Of a stretch of 64,000 bases of DNA, positions 10,227 through 20,621 are shown piece by piece (the first letter of the stretch is position 1; each line of letters opens with the position of its first letter). This DNA comes from an uncultured delta proteobacterium (lineage in GTDB: Bacteria > Desulfobacterota > Binatia > UBA9968). The translations under genes and the position numbers were made by a program. A model generated the notes under the pieces. It did no database searches and was not told where the DNA came from. It was given only the letters and a program-made list of their open reading frames with translations. Location: assembly GCA_963804165.1 (NCBI GenBank), contig CAWDPO010000035.1, positions 64,001 to 128,000 of the forward strand, given 5' to 3'.

Positions 10227-11402
10227 TCAGCGCAACGCCAGCTCGACGCAACGGGCCGGCTGCGTCAAATGTTTCGCGCATTCCTGGGCCACCTCAGCGG
10301 ATGACTTTTCGAATGTAGTTTTCAGGTATTGCGCGCTAGCGCTGAAGCAGTTGCCCTGATCGTTCACCTGGTTGAACGCCGCGCAAAACGGCAGCGCGTA
10401 GCGGCCGTCCCAGGTATTGTCGATCAAAGCATACACCGCGCCGCGCATGCAGGCGTTGCGACCGTCGCCGGCCGCGAGCTCGCATTTTTGCGCGGTGGTG
10501 AGCGGATTGCCAAAGCGCACGTCGTTGGATAGGTCGCGGCCAACGGAAAGTATGCATTGTTCGCGAAACTCCCCGGCTTTGTCGCATTCCTTAAAAACGG
10601 CTTCGGTGGCAAGTCCCATTTCGGTCATGCGCGAGGTCTGCATAACGTAACACTCGCTGCGGTACTTGAGGTCTACTTTGTTGCACGGGTAGTGAAAATC
10701 AGTCGGGCTCAAGTCGCGGGTTTCCGGCGTCGCATTAAAAACATTTTCCATGAATACGCCACCGTAGCAGGAGGTGCGGCTCCAATCCTCCGGCAAAGCA
10801 TCGCAGGCTTCGAGGGATTGACTCAACTGGTAGCGGGAAAAAAACAACAATGCGTGTCCGAGTCCGTGCAGGCACTGAAAACGGTATCGATAAGGAACTT
10901 TGGGATCGCAGGCAATGGCCGCCTTTTGTTTGAGCTCCGCGGCGCTCGGATGCTTATCGACTTGGGCGTAAATGTCATCGCCGCGCAGAAAGCGCTCGAC
11001 GGAGCCGTGATAGCAGCCTGAATGGCAGGTCTGGTCGCATGCTAAAAACGAATCGTGAATGTTTCCCTTGACGCGGTAGGTTTCGCGGCCGATGGCGTGT
11101 ACGACAGGATGACAGTCGCGCCTGAGCTCAGGGTCTTCAGCCGAGAAGCGCTCGATCAACTGCAGTGCTTCACCGGTGGAATGCCTTTCCAGCGCCGCAC
11201 GAAAAAGTTGGTCCAGACACGCGGCGCTGTGCGCCGTATTCATGCAATCCTTGACGGCTTGGAGATTTGGCAGCTGTGGCTCTGCTCCCGGCGCCGCGGC
11301 TGAATTGGGATCTTGCGCCGGTGCCGGTGGATTCCATGAACATGCGAGCAGCCACGTGAGCAGAATGATTACTCCTCGCAGCAGATATTTATGGCGCGCC
11401 AT
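10227..11402 (-). CDS. Exported Cys/His-rich helical-repeat protein of unknown function
   Basis: Signal/lipobox, CHPVVHAIG, CHSGCYHG, CLHGLGH, CYGGVFMEN; about 20 Cys. Confidence 0.75.
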   Translation of the reverse strand: MARHKYLLRGVIILLTWLLACSWNPPAPAQDPNSAAAPGAEPQLPNLQAVKDCMNTAHSAACLDQLFRAALERHSTGEALQLIERFSAEDPELRRDCHPVVHAIGRETYRVKGNIHDSFLACDQTCHSGCYHGSVERFLRGDDIYAQVDKHPSAAELKQKAAIACDPKVPYRYRFQCLHGLGHALLFFSRYQLSQSLEACDALPEDWSRTSCYGGVFMENVFNATPETRDLSPTDFHYPCNKVDLKYRSECYVMQTSRMTEMGLATEAVFKECDKAGEFREQCILSVGRDLSNDVRFGNPLTTAQKCELAAGDGRNACMRGAVYALIDNTWDGRYALPFCAAFNQVNDQGNCFSASAQYLKTTFEKSSAEVAQECAKHLTQPARCVELALR

Positions 11403-11604
11403 CAGACCCTCCCGTAGTTTGCCTCAGATAGTAGCCAAATCGATTGCTGTCCGCAATTTATTCAAGCGTTTAGTCGAGAAACCGATGGCTAAGTCACGGC
11501 GCAACGGAGAACTGAAAGCCGGCCGCCGCGTTATTCAAAATCGATCGTTTTGTGGTACTCTGACAATAAACGATCTTCGAGCTTATACGTCTAAACTCGT
11601 TGCC

Positions 11605-12462
11605 ATGGGTAAACTCAAAGTGAATCTCGCGGCTGCGCTCGTTGCCGCCGCGTGTCTTTATGTGTTCTCCGCTTCCGCGGCCGGCCAAGCCATGATCAAG
11701 CCGGAGGCGGTGCCGGCTTATCAACCGAAGCACTTCCCGTTCGAGGCAGGCGAAAAGGAAGTCTACCAAGCCACTTGGAACGGCATGATCGCGGTAGCTA
11801 CGGCTGAAGTCCATACCACGCCGGCCGTTGTCGACGGGCGGAAGGTTTATCAGGTGCGCGTCGAAGCGAAAACTTCCAAGATGCTGGATTTCATCTGGCG
11901 AATGCGCGACACGATCAGCTCGACATTCGACGCCAAGGCGCTCGCGCCGTCGCGATATACGTTCAGCCAGCGGGAAAACTCCAAGGTGATCGATACCGAG
12001 GCCAAGCTCGATCACGTCACCAAGCGCTGGGCGGTGAATCGGCAGCAGGTCGGCAAAAAAACGAGAATTTATCAGTTTGATGCGCAAAACACTCTCGATC
12101 CGATCACCGCGGTCTATCTGGCCCGGAGCACTGACTTCAAGGTCGGCGATAGACTTTATTTCAAAGTCTTCGGCGGCCGGTATCAGTACCTGCTCGAGTT
12201 GTTCGTCGAGAAAAAGGAGCCGGTTGCAATGGAGTCCGGTAAAACCGTCGAGGCTTACCGGATCATTCCGCGCATACAAAACATTACCAAGAAAGGTTAC
12301 GCGAGCCGTTTAAACGAGGCGACGGTTTGGATCTCGGCGGATGAACGGCGCTTGCCGATTAAGCTCAGCAGCAAGATCGTATTCGGCACCGTTTATCTGG
12401 AGTTGGTGCAGACAAGCCGGACGCAGTCCACCGCTGCCGATGCGCGCCGGCCGGCGTCTTGA
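11605..12462 (+). CDS. DUF3108-family exported protein
   Basis: Signal peptide, FEAGEK, DPITAVYLAR, VWISADERRLPIK. Confidence 0.8.
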   Translation: MGKLKVNLAAALVAAACLYVFSASAAGQAMIKPEAVPAYQPKHFPFEAGEKEVYQATWNGMIAVATAEVHTTPAVVDGRKVYQVRVEAKTSKMLDFIWRMRDTISSTFDAKALAPSRYTFSQRENSKVIDTEAKLDHVTKRWAVNRQQVGKKTRIYQFDAQNTLDPITAVYLARSTDFKVGDRLYFKVFGGRYQYLLELFVEKKEPVAMESGKTVEAYRIIPRIQNITKKGYASRLNEATVWISADERRLPIKLSSKIVFGTVYLELVQTSRTQSTAADARRPAS

Positions 12463-12496
12463 TCGAAAGTTTGACTCGATGTTGAGTTAGCCTAGC

Positions 12497-13211
12497 GTGA
12501 AAAGAACAACTACATCTCGGCAAGTTCGCCAGTGTCTACCTGTGGCTTTGCTGCTCCTGGCGGCGACCGTTTCAGGCTGCGTCGCCGTCGCGCCGTCGCC
12601 GTCGACGCGCCGCGCGCCGAGAGAAGACTATCCGTCGCCACCGCCTTCGTCCTCATCGCGACGCGTCGACTCCTACGAGGCCGAGCGCTTGCGTCGAGTG
12701 ATGGTGCCGCTCCTCCAGGCGATGGATCGTCCTTGCCGGGCCGACCAAGTGCGAGTGGGCATCATCAACCAGGATGAGATCAACGCCGGCGAACGCCGGC
12801 AATTGTGAATTCTACGTTACCGCGGGGCTTTTGCGCCGTGCGAATGAGGATCAGTTGCGCGGTATTTTTGCTCATGAAATTGCTCACGAAGACCTCGGTC
12901 ATGTCGCGAAAGCGCAGGTGCTTGGCGCCGGTCTCAATATTCTCGCGGCGGGGCTGCAACAGCTTTTTCCCGCCAGCGGCGTCCTAGCGCCGATCGCGGG
13001 CGAACTCGTGGCGCGCAGTTATAGCCGCAATGAGGAATATGCGGCCGATCGCCATGGCGTAGAAATACTGCGTCGCGCCGGCTATTCCAAAGAAACGCTG
13101 CTCGATTCGCTTACCTGGATCCGTCGGGTCGGCGGCGATGGCGGCGGCGGATTTCTCTCCACCCATCCCGGCCTTGATGAGCGCATCGCGACGATTCAAA
13201 AATTGCGATAG
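12497..13211 (+). CDS. M48-family zinc metallopeptidase lipoprotein (frameshift near 12790)
   Basis: VSGC lipobox; FAHEIAH, YSRNEEYAAD and FLSTHP in the second frame. Confidence 0.85.
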
Positions 13212-13320
13212 TTGGCCGGTAGGCGTCGCTTTTCTGAATTTTATCTCTCTTTCCCACGGGTTAACACCTGTAAACAAATTTTCGGCTGTCGCGTCTAATG
13301 CTACAAGGAGGCCGAAAACC

Positions 13321-13682
13321 ATGAATTTTATCGCGGGCATTTCAAGAAAAAGTTTACGATTTGTCGCAGGTGTCGCTGTGGGAACCACGTTGCTGGCCGG
13401 ATGCGCCGGTGGCGCGCTGACTACCCGTGAAAAAGGCGCGGGAATCGGGGCTCTCGGTGGCGCCGCAGCGGGTGGAATTATCGGTTCGGCCGTACGGCAT
13501 CCGGGGCGGGCGCGGCGATCGGAGCGGCTTTAGGTTTGGGCGCCGGCGCGTTAGTCGGCGATCAGCTACAGGGGCGTGACAATGCCGCCTACGAGCAGGA
13601 TCGCCAGATCAACGATAACCAGCAAGAAATTCTGCGTCAGCGGCGCGAGCTTGAAGAACTCCGGCGCCGGCCTGAGTACTAA
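13321..13682 (+). CDS. Glycine-zipper lipoprotein (frameshift in G-run near 13505)
   Basis: LAGC lipobox, TTREKGAGIGALGGAAAGGIIGS...GAGALVGDQLQ, coiled-coil tail. Confidence 0.8.
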
Positions 13683-13707
13683 CTTCTCAACTCGACACCT
13701 ACTTTAA

Positions 13708-13740
13708 CAATGGGGGGCAATTGCCCCCCATTGAGTTTTT
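13708..13740 (+). terminator. Intrinsic terminator
   Basis: Perfect palindrome caatggggggcaattgccccccattg followed by agttttt. Confidence 0.75.
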
Positions 13741-13798
13741 AGGCGGCGCAATTGACGTTGACCAGACAAATTTTTACGACACGCGCGTGAGTCGACGC

Positions 13799-14781
13799 AT
13801 GCCGCAAGTTTTCGGGCATCTCAAGCCGTTTCTCTGTTTCATTGTTATCGTCATCGCCTGTATCAGCTTCGCAGATCGGAGCGCTCGCGGCGAATATTTG
13901 TCTCCCGGCAATCACACGGTGACACTAACGCACGGGACCCGAGAGCGCAGCGCCATCGTTCACGTTCCCTTGCGAGCGATAGACGCGCGTGAAATCCCAG
14001 TCATTGTTAATTTTCATGGCGGCGGCGGTCACGGCGCCAACGAGCAGGAGTATTCACTGATGGATCGGCTCGCCGATCGCGAAACTTTTGTTGCCGTATA
14101 TCCCAACGGTAGCGGACGCTTCGGTAACCGGCTGCTGACTTGGAACGCGGGCACCTGCTGCGCCTACGCGGCATTAAATGGCGTCGACGACGTCGGCTTC
14201 GTGCGCGCGCTGGTCGGCCGGTTGGCCGAATCGATTCCCATCGATCGGCGACGCATCTATGCAACCGGGCTTTCGAACGGCGCGATGATGTCGCACCGGC
14301 TCGCGGCTGAAGCCGCCGACCTGATAGCCGCGATCGCGCCGATGGCCGGCGGCATGGTGGTGTCCGGGATCAAATCGACGCGCGCGGTTCCCGTGATGCA
14401 TATTCACAGTGTCGACGACCCTCGTGCGCTTTATAACGGCGGTCTCGGATTGCCGTTTCCATTGACCAAGAGCCAAGTGTTTCATCCGAATATCGACCAC
14501 ATGATCGCGCGCTGGGCGAAACATAACGGCTGCGCGGCGGAGCCGACGATCGAGGATCGCCGCTCCATGGCGACGGCCGCGGTCAAAGCGCAACTCGATA
14601 CATTTACTCGCGCTGCCGCGACGGCGCCGAGGTCAATCTTTGGAAGCTTACCGGCGCGGGCCACGTCTGGCCCGGCGGCAAGCAAAAGTTCATGGAGCAT
14701 ATCCTCGGTCCTTCGACCGAAATTATCGACGCCAACCAGGAGATGTGGAAATTCTTCCAGCGCTTCTCTCTGCCATCTTAG
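13799..14781 (+). CDS. PHB-depolymerase/LpqC-family esterase (frameshift near 14565)
   Basis: FHGGGG, WNAGTCC, GLSNG nucleophile motif; GAGHVWPGG and EMWKFF in the shifted frame. Confidence 0.85.
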
Positions 14782-14923
14782 CCCATCACAAAGGTCACGA
14801 AGAGCGCGAAAAAGGGGGTGAAAAATCTTTCGTCCCTAGTCCCTTCGCGTGCTCCTTTGAACATTTGGCTTTAGACCGCGCAATTAACCGACTTAGAAAA
14901 AGCTTATGGCGACAGCGTCCCAA

Positions 14924-15020
14924 TCCTTCCCCTTGACGGGGAAGGAAAAAGGTAGGGGTGATGGTTCTTATCCGGTTTGCGGGCACTCCTATCCCGGCCT
15001 TTCCCCGTCAAGGGGAAAGG
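14924..15020. repeat. Inverted pair of REP-like palindromes
   Basis: tccttccccttgacggggaagg at about 14924 and its reverse complement cctttccccgtcaaggggaaagga at about 14998. Confidence 0.7.
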
Positions 15021-15188
15021 AGATCGAGGCAACTTGCAGCGATACGCTGACATTTTCATCTTCTGTGGCGAGCGTAATCTCATGAATCACTTCCTGGTGA
15101 AATATCCGTATCGCCTCGGTTATCACTCTCGTTGCGGCTATGCCGCGCTGGGTCCTTCGTGGTGAATCGAATCTTGTCCATGTCCCCC

Positions 15189-16696
15189 TGTCAAGCCATC
15201 TCAAAATCTAACCGGAGCTAGGATTCGTTGAGTCATGTGAAAATCTAACCGAAGGTTGTGTTCGAATCTGTCGTTGTATTTCATATTTCTGACTCTTTAG
15301 TTTTTGGCTAAAGGTCCAGTCTCTCCATGCTGAGCCTGATCGATGAGATACAGAGCGAGTCTTTTGTGGGTCGAGTTGAGGGTTTGGCCGCAGTTCTCTT
15401 ATCTGGGTTTTCTCTCGCGTAGCACCATTTCGTTGGGCAGCTAAAGGGTAAAGAGAGTCGAGTTGCTGATCGATGCGACGTGACAGTTCAAAAGGGTCGG
15501 TATTTTGCACCAGGGATTTTAGCTCCTGGATCTGTGGGAGAGTTTTCTTTTGGGATTTGAGCACCCGCTCCACAGGAGTAGTGGGCTGATCGTAATGGCG
15601 CATCACCCGCGAGCCTTTACGGACTTTGCTTCGAAGCTTCATGGAAGGCTGGAACAGATTCTGAAAGATCCGAAGCTGCTCATAGAGCTGATTGATCCTC
15701 TTTAGGGCTTCTAAAGTGTCATAGCGCTCCCAGCCCAAGAGTTTGCGCACGTGGGTCCAGTTTTTCTGTTCCACATGCGCATTGTCATCTTTTTTGTAGG
15801 GGCGCGAGCGGGTGAACTGGACTCTAGAGGTTTTGGGTCTTTGCTGACAGAAGTTAAACAGGTGGGTATTGATGAACGCGCTGCCGTTGTCGGAGTCAAT
15901 GCCGCGCAGTGCGAAAGGCAAGCGCTGCTCAATGGCCTTAAGGGCGGCGACGATCCCGAGCTGTCCTTTGCCCATGACGGCCTGTCGTTCTACCCAGCCG
16001 GTGGCGATGTCGACACAGTCCAGGGTGTAGAGGAACTCTCCGGCTGCCGAGGCACCTGAATGCGAGACCAGATCGATTTCCAGATAGCCCGGCAACGTCA
16101 CGTCCCAATGGTCGGTTTTAATGGGAATCATCTGTTTAAGAAGCGAGCCCGGGCGAGTGGTGCCATAGAGGCGGCGTTTGACAGCGAACTTGTGAGAGCG
16201 CAACCGACGATCGATTTGACGGGCGCTGACCGCCAAGAGCTCTTTTTCCAATTCTCCGTTCACCTTAAAGTACTTCTTGATCGAGGGGAGCCACTGCGGC
16301 AGTGCCGCCTTCAGACGCTGGGAGCACAGATATCCGGAGGCTTCCCAGACTTTGGCCAGCGTCGCAATGCTTGCCCTACTGTAGATCACCGAGCGCGGCG
16401 TCACACCTCTGCACACAGCGGCGTTGGGCAAAGGACGGCTTAAAAGCCAGATGGCGTACTTCCGGTTGTAACCGCACACCTTGCAGAACTCTTCCAACAT
16501 CGCGGTCTTCTCTGTGCGCCGCCCTTGTCGGTAGCGCTTATGAATCGATCGCAAATACTCCCTCTTGGATTGTCGCGCCATACTGAATCCCTCCATCACT
16601 CCCCCTCCTTCTCCTCGCATCATGAGGCCAAGGAGGGTTAGATTTCCAAATGGCGCAACGAACCTTTACTCGGTTAGATTATACACGGCGCAATAC
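15189..16696 (-). mobile_element. Insertion sequence with rve/DDE transposase (IS481/ISNCY-like); ends approximate
   Basis: Two AAATCTAACCG boxes at the left end (about 15204 and 15241) and two inverted GGTTAGATT boxes at the right end (about 16636 and 16672). Confidence 0.75.
15208..16581 (-). CDS. DDE-type integrase/transposase
   Basis: YLEIDLVSH, IDSDNGSAF, SRPYKKDDNAHVEQKN; N-terminal HTH (GYNRKYAI). Confidence 0.9.
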   Translation of the reverse strand: MARQSKREYLRSIHKRYRQGRRTEKTAMLEEFCKVCGYNRKYAIWLLSRPLPNAAVCRGVTPRSVIYSRASIATLAKVWEASGYLCSQRLKAALPQWLPSIKKYFKVNGELEKELLAVSARQIDRRLRSHKFAVKRRLYGTTRPGSLLKQMIPIKTDHWDVTLPGYLEIDLVSHSGASAAGEFLYTLDCVDIATGWVERQAVMGKGQLGIVAALKAIEQRLPFALRGIDSDNGSAFINTHLFNFCQQRPKTSRVQFTRSRPYKKDDNAHVEQKNWTHVRKLLGWERYDTLEALKRINQLYEQLRIFQNLFQPSMKLRSKVRKGSRVMRHYDQPTTPVERVLKSQKKTLPQIQELKSLVQNTDPFELSRRIDQQLDSLYPLAAQRNGATREKTQIRELRPNPQLDPQKTRSVSHRSGSAWRDWTFSQKLKSQKYEIQRQIRTQPSVRFSHDSTNPSSG

Positions 16697-16739
16697 GTCA
16701 ACTTGATCGCTATTGGCTCTCGCTTTAGACTCAGCGCCT

Positions 16740-17600
16740 GTGAAAATTCTTATTACCGGCGCGGCCGGGCTTGTCGGCAGTCATTTCACCCGACGTTTAG
16801 CGCAGGCGCATGACGTGCTGGCGCTGGGCCACGGCGATCTCGACATCACGGATCGCGGCGCAGTAGAGCGTTGCGTAACAGACATGAAGCCGGCATTAAT
16901 CATCAATTGCGCGGTGCTTCAAGTCGACGATTCCGAAAAGGATCCGGCTAAAGCCAAGGCTGTCAATGTCGACGGGCCGGAATTTCTAGCCGAAGCCGCA
17001 AGCAAAGTCGGCGCGGAAATCATCCATTTCAGTACCCAGTACGCTTTCGAAGGCGAGCCTCTCCGGCGGGCGCCGTACACCATAAAGGACGCACCGGCTC
17101 CGGTAAACGTCTATGGCAAAACTAAACTTATCGGTGAAGAGGCCGTGCATGAAGCTTGTGCTCGGAGCTATATCATCCGCACTTCTTGGGTTTACGGCAG
17201 CGGCAAAAACAGTTTTCTTTGTACCGTGCACAATGATCTCAAAAACGGCAAAAGGGTGCGTGCTATCGACGACATCTGGTCGAGCACGACCTATGTAGAA
17301 GATCTGATCGACCGGATGATGCTCATCCGCCGAAACGGTTTTTACGGCACCTTCCACGTTGTTAACGCCGGGATCTGCAGCTATTACGAGTTTGCCCTCG
17401 AGGCCGCGCGGCTCGCCGGTTTGGGAAGGACCCAAGCCGATCGGTTGATCGAAGTCACCCACGAGCGCGATATGAAGCGGGTAGCAGCGCGGCCGCGTTA
17501 CACACCGCTGCGCTGCCTGTTATCAGAAGAACTCGGCTTGCCGGCAATGCGCGATTGGCATGAAGCCCTGGCGGCATATGTTGGAAGGGAAGTGAAGTGA
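16740..17600 (+). CDS. rfbD: dTDP-4-dehydrorhamnose reductase (RmlD-like SDR)
   Basis: ITGAAGLVG, LDITD, PVNVYGKTK, IRTSWVYG, AARPRY. Confidence 0.85.
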   Translation: MKILITGAAGLVGSHFTRRLAQAHDVLALGHGDLDITDRGAVERCVTDMKPALIINCAVLQVDDSEKDPAKAKAVNVDGPEFLAEAASKVGAEIIHFSTQYAFEGEPLRRAPYTIKDAPAPVNVYGKTKLIGEEAVHEACARSYIIRTSWVYGSGKNSFLCTVHNDLKNGKRVRAIDDIWSSTTYVEDLIDRMMLIRRNGFYGTFHVVNAGICSYYEFALEAARLAGLGRTQADRLIEVTHERDMKRVAARPRYTPLRCLLSEELGLPAMRDWHEALAAYVGREVK

Positions 17601-17814
17601 CGGAGTACGGACTGAAAACTTATGAGCGGTTCTCTCAAATCGCCCGCACGTTCTAATCGTCATTCCCACGTTTGAACCGGAAATCCGGGCGGTCCGCAAA
17701 GAAACTACGGCTGACTGCGAGGACACTTGCGCTGCTCTCCGGTACAAGCCGATAACCCGTGATGACGTTCCACCCACGCTGACCGAAAAAGCCGTTATCT
17801 GTTTTCCATCGCAT

Positions 17815-18111
17815 ATGATCGTCAACCACAGGCATAAGTTCATCTTTCTGAAAACACGAAAGACGGCAGGCAGGAGCATCGAGATCGCTCTTTCGCAGTT
17901 CTGTGACAGCAACGATATCATCACGCCGATTACCGACGAGGACGAGCGTACTCGCCAAGAAATGGGATTTCGTGGGCCGCAGAAAGCCATCCCTCATAAA
18001 GGCGTCGAAGAAAAATGCGCTTATGTTGCACTCAAAGCTTGCGCGAAGTTTGTTTTGGCGTTACGTTTTGCGGCGTTGAGACCATCGCGGCAGGAAAACA
18101 ATCATGGGTAA
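17815..18111 (+). pseudogene. N-terminal fragment of a sulfotransferase-family-2 protein
   Basis: MIVNHRHKFIFLKTRKTAGRSIEIALS (PAPS-binding loop); similarity appears lost after about 56 aa. Confidence 0.6.
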
Positions 18112-18901
18112 ACAAAAAAAGAAAGCAACATCGGACTCTCACGAAGCCTGGAACAATCCGGATTATATCCACTGGTGGCTGAAAAAGAGAGCCTGGAAAG
18201 GGCCGATTCGCGAGATACAAGCGGAGATGGTGGTTCGAATGATACCTCACCCGCTTGACAGCGCCATCCGGGTTTTGGACCTTTGCGCCGGTTTCGGCGC
18301 GCTCTCCATTGCTATTTTAAAAAGTCGCCCCAACGCTAAAGCGCTCTGTATCGACGGATCTGAGGAATTGACTAAGCTCGGAAGAGACCGAACGGCCGAG
18401 TTCGCGGAGCGTATCAAATTTGTCCAGGCGTCGCTGGATACCGCCGACTGGCTCACGTCAACGACCGGCAGCTACGATGCCGTCGTGTCGGCTCAGGCCT
18501 TCATTCGATTCCTGACCCCGGAGCGCCGGAAATCGCTCTACAAGGAGATCTTCAATATCACGAGTCCGGGTGGATGTTTCATCAATGCCGATGATATTTG
18601 CGCGCCGACTGTGACTCTACGCAAGCGGTATAGAAGGGCGCTTAATCAGTGGTTGGATGATCATCTCCGAGAGCCGAGTGGCGACACACCTGCGTTCGTG
18701 AAATTTAAAGAAGATTCGCCGGTGAATCATGACGAGCCGCGCAAGGACGGCTTCCTGGACCAGGAACTTTGCTGGTTGCGCGAGGCGGGCTTTGAAGACG
18801 TGGACTGTTTCTGGAAATTCGGCATGATGACGATTTATGGCGGATTCCGGCCTGAGAAGCCGGGGCTCATTGGATCTCTTTTTCGCGCCTTTAAGTCGTA
18901 G
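18104..18901 (+). CDS. Class I SAM-dependent methyltransferase
   Basis: VLDLCAGFG, YDAVVS, PGGCFINAD, WLREAGFEDVDCFWK. Confidence 0.9.
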   Translation: MGKQKKKATSDSHEAWNNPDYIHWWLKKRAWKGPIREIQAEMVVRMIPHPLDSAIRVLDLCAGFGALSIAILKSRPNAKALCIDGSEELTKLGRDRTAEFAERIKFVQASLDTADWLTSTTGSYDAVVSAQAFIRFLTPERRKSLYKEIFNITSPGGCFINADDICAPTVTLRKRYRRALNQWLDDHLREPSGDTPAFVKFKEDSPVNHDEPRKDGFLDQELCWLREAGFEDVDCFWKFGMMTIYGGFRPEKPGLIGSLFRAFKS

Positions 18902-19319
18902 TTTCTTAGATACAAAGACTTGTCAACGCCGAAACCAGGCCACGGATAAGGGTCAAGATTGAAAGACCTTTTTCGAGCTTAAGCGCGCACGGCCGCGGCC
19001 GGTTGAGATAACGCCCGGGGGAAAATGCTGGGGCCGATCCAAGCACCCGGACGGCATTGGAACTTTTCGTCTCGGTGCCCTCGCCCTTCCGGGCTTAACT
19101 CTCCACCGACGTGAATCAAGCGGGATAGGTCTGCCCTCACTGCATCCAAACTGAACCACGACCCAAAGGCGCCATTTCTTGTTTCGTCCCCGGACATGTG
19201 ATAGCTGGAAGCCTGTTTGCCGGCAGAGTCATGCTGAATATCTTCCCAACACTGCTACCGTGACGAACCATTCTAGCGCAACGGCGCGGGGCCTCTTGCT
19301 TCAGCGATTTGTTCGACCG

Positions 19320-20234
19320 ATGGGGAAAAGCAAAGCCCTGAATGAAAGATTATCGCTGATTCGGCTGTCTTACCTCTGCCATAGGGCGCCGGGCCTACGG
19401 TGGATCGGGAAAAACATTTCGCCTTTTTTGTTTTTTCAGTGGACAAAATTTGCCGCCCATGCGGGTTTCTATTTGTATCCCGCTGACCGCAGAAGAGCCC
19501 GATACCTGCGCTCCGCATTGGAAGCTAGCTGCGACAGGGCGAAAATTCGCGAGATCGGCCGCAGAAACCTCACTTACCGGAAATGGATCAAGCACCTGGT
19601 TTATGCCTGGCCCAATTGGGCCGGTCGCCTCGACGATTGGGTTACGATGGAAGGCGAACAATATTTGAGCGCCGCGCTGCGGCAAGGCAAAGGAGCGATT
19701 CTGTTGTCGGGACATGCTTTTGGCTTTGCGGCGCTGGTTTCGCCGGTGCTGGCCCAAAAGGGTTATGAAGTCCATCGAACCGGCCGGGGGCAAAGGATGG
19801 ACCAGGTCACGCGATGGGGCAGCGCCGGAAATTACGCGCGCTGGGAATATATTAATTACGGCGAAGATCGCTGGAATCGCGCGCGGGCGCTTAATGAAAT
19901 GCGCCAAGCGCTCAAAGCGAACCAGATTGTTCATACTTCGATTAGAGGCTTTCCGCGGGGCGATGCTGAACTGGAGATCGATTTTTGCTATAAAAATTTT
20001 TTCCTCGATCACCGTTTGATCCGCATCATCGAATTGGTGCAAGCCACTGTACTGCCTTGCTTCGCGGTTTGCGACAATCAAGGCCGGTTGATCGTGAAAA
20101 TTTATTCTCCCGTGACGCCCGCGCGCGAGGAGGTCATGCGGGTTTTCGGTTCGCTGTACGCGCGATATCTGAGGGAGACGCCGGAATTTACCTGGATCTG
20201 GAGAAGAGTGGTCCAGCAGCAGGAGGGTTGGTAA
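19320..20234 (+). CDS. LpxL/HtrB-like lysophospholipid acyltransferase family protein (atypical motif)
   Basis: EGEQYLSAALRQGKGAILLSGH, VLPCF, YLRETPEFTW. Confidence 0.7.
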   Translation: MGKSKALNERLSLIRLSYLCHRAPGLRWIGKNISPFLFFQWTKFAAHAGFYLYPADRRRARYLRSALEASCDRAKIREIGRRNLTYRKWIKHLVYAWPNWAGRLDDWVTMEGEQYLSAALRQGKGAILLSGHAFGFAALVSPVLAQKGYEVHRTGRGQRMDQVTRWGSAGNYARWEYINYGEDRWNRARALNEMRQALKANQIVHTSIRGFPRGDAELEIDFCYKNFFLDHRLIRIIELVQATVLPCFAVCDNQGRLIVKIYSPVTPAREEVMRVFGSLYARYLRETPEFTWIWRRVVQQQEGW

Positions 20235-20504
20235 GTGACGCCCGAGCAAATTAGAAGTCGAGCGGACAGTCTCGTCAAACGAGTCTATGAGGCGAGCCAA
20301 AAAACATCCCTGCCGGAGCAGTTCGTCATTATGGGCGATGAAGGCGTTTTGGATTCGATTGCGATTCTTGAACTGGTGGTGGCGCTCGAAAGAGAATTCG
20401 GTATTGAGGTGAGCGGTGCGGATGTTCGGCCCGAAAATTTCCAAGACCTATCGTCGCTCACCGCCTTCCTTGCGCAGAAAATCTCCGCTCGCCAGCGCCC
20501 CTGA
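20235..20504 (+). CDS. Acyl carrier protein
   Basis: GVLDSIAILELVVALEREFGIEV...PENF phosphopantetheine-site pattern. Confidence 0.9.
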   Translation: MTPEQIRSRADSLVKRVYEASQKTSLPEQFVIMGDEGVLDSIAILELVVALEREFGIEVSGADVRPENFQDLSSLTAFLAQKISARQRP

Positions 20505-20621
20505 GGATCAAGCCTATTGGGGGAAGACCTCAAGCCATTGGCCGCCCCGTGCGCACGGGCTGCAAAGTTTCGGCAACCTGAATGCCGCGTGTGATTACAG
20601 CGGCCGCTGCGGAAGACGTTT

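Noticed and set aside
10227-11402. Multiheme cytochrome c
   Set aside because: No CxxCH motifs; the spacings (CDQTCH, CHSGCYH) do not fit canonical heme attachment
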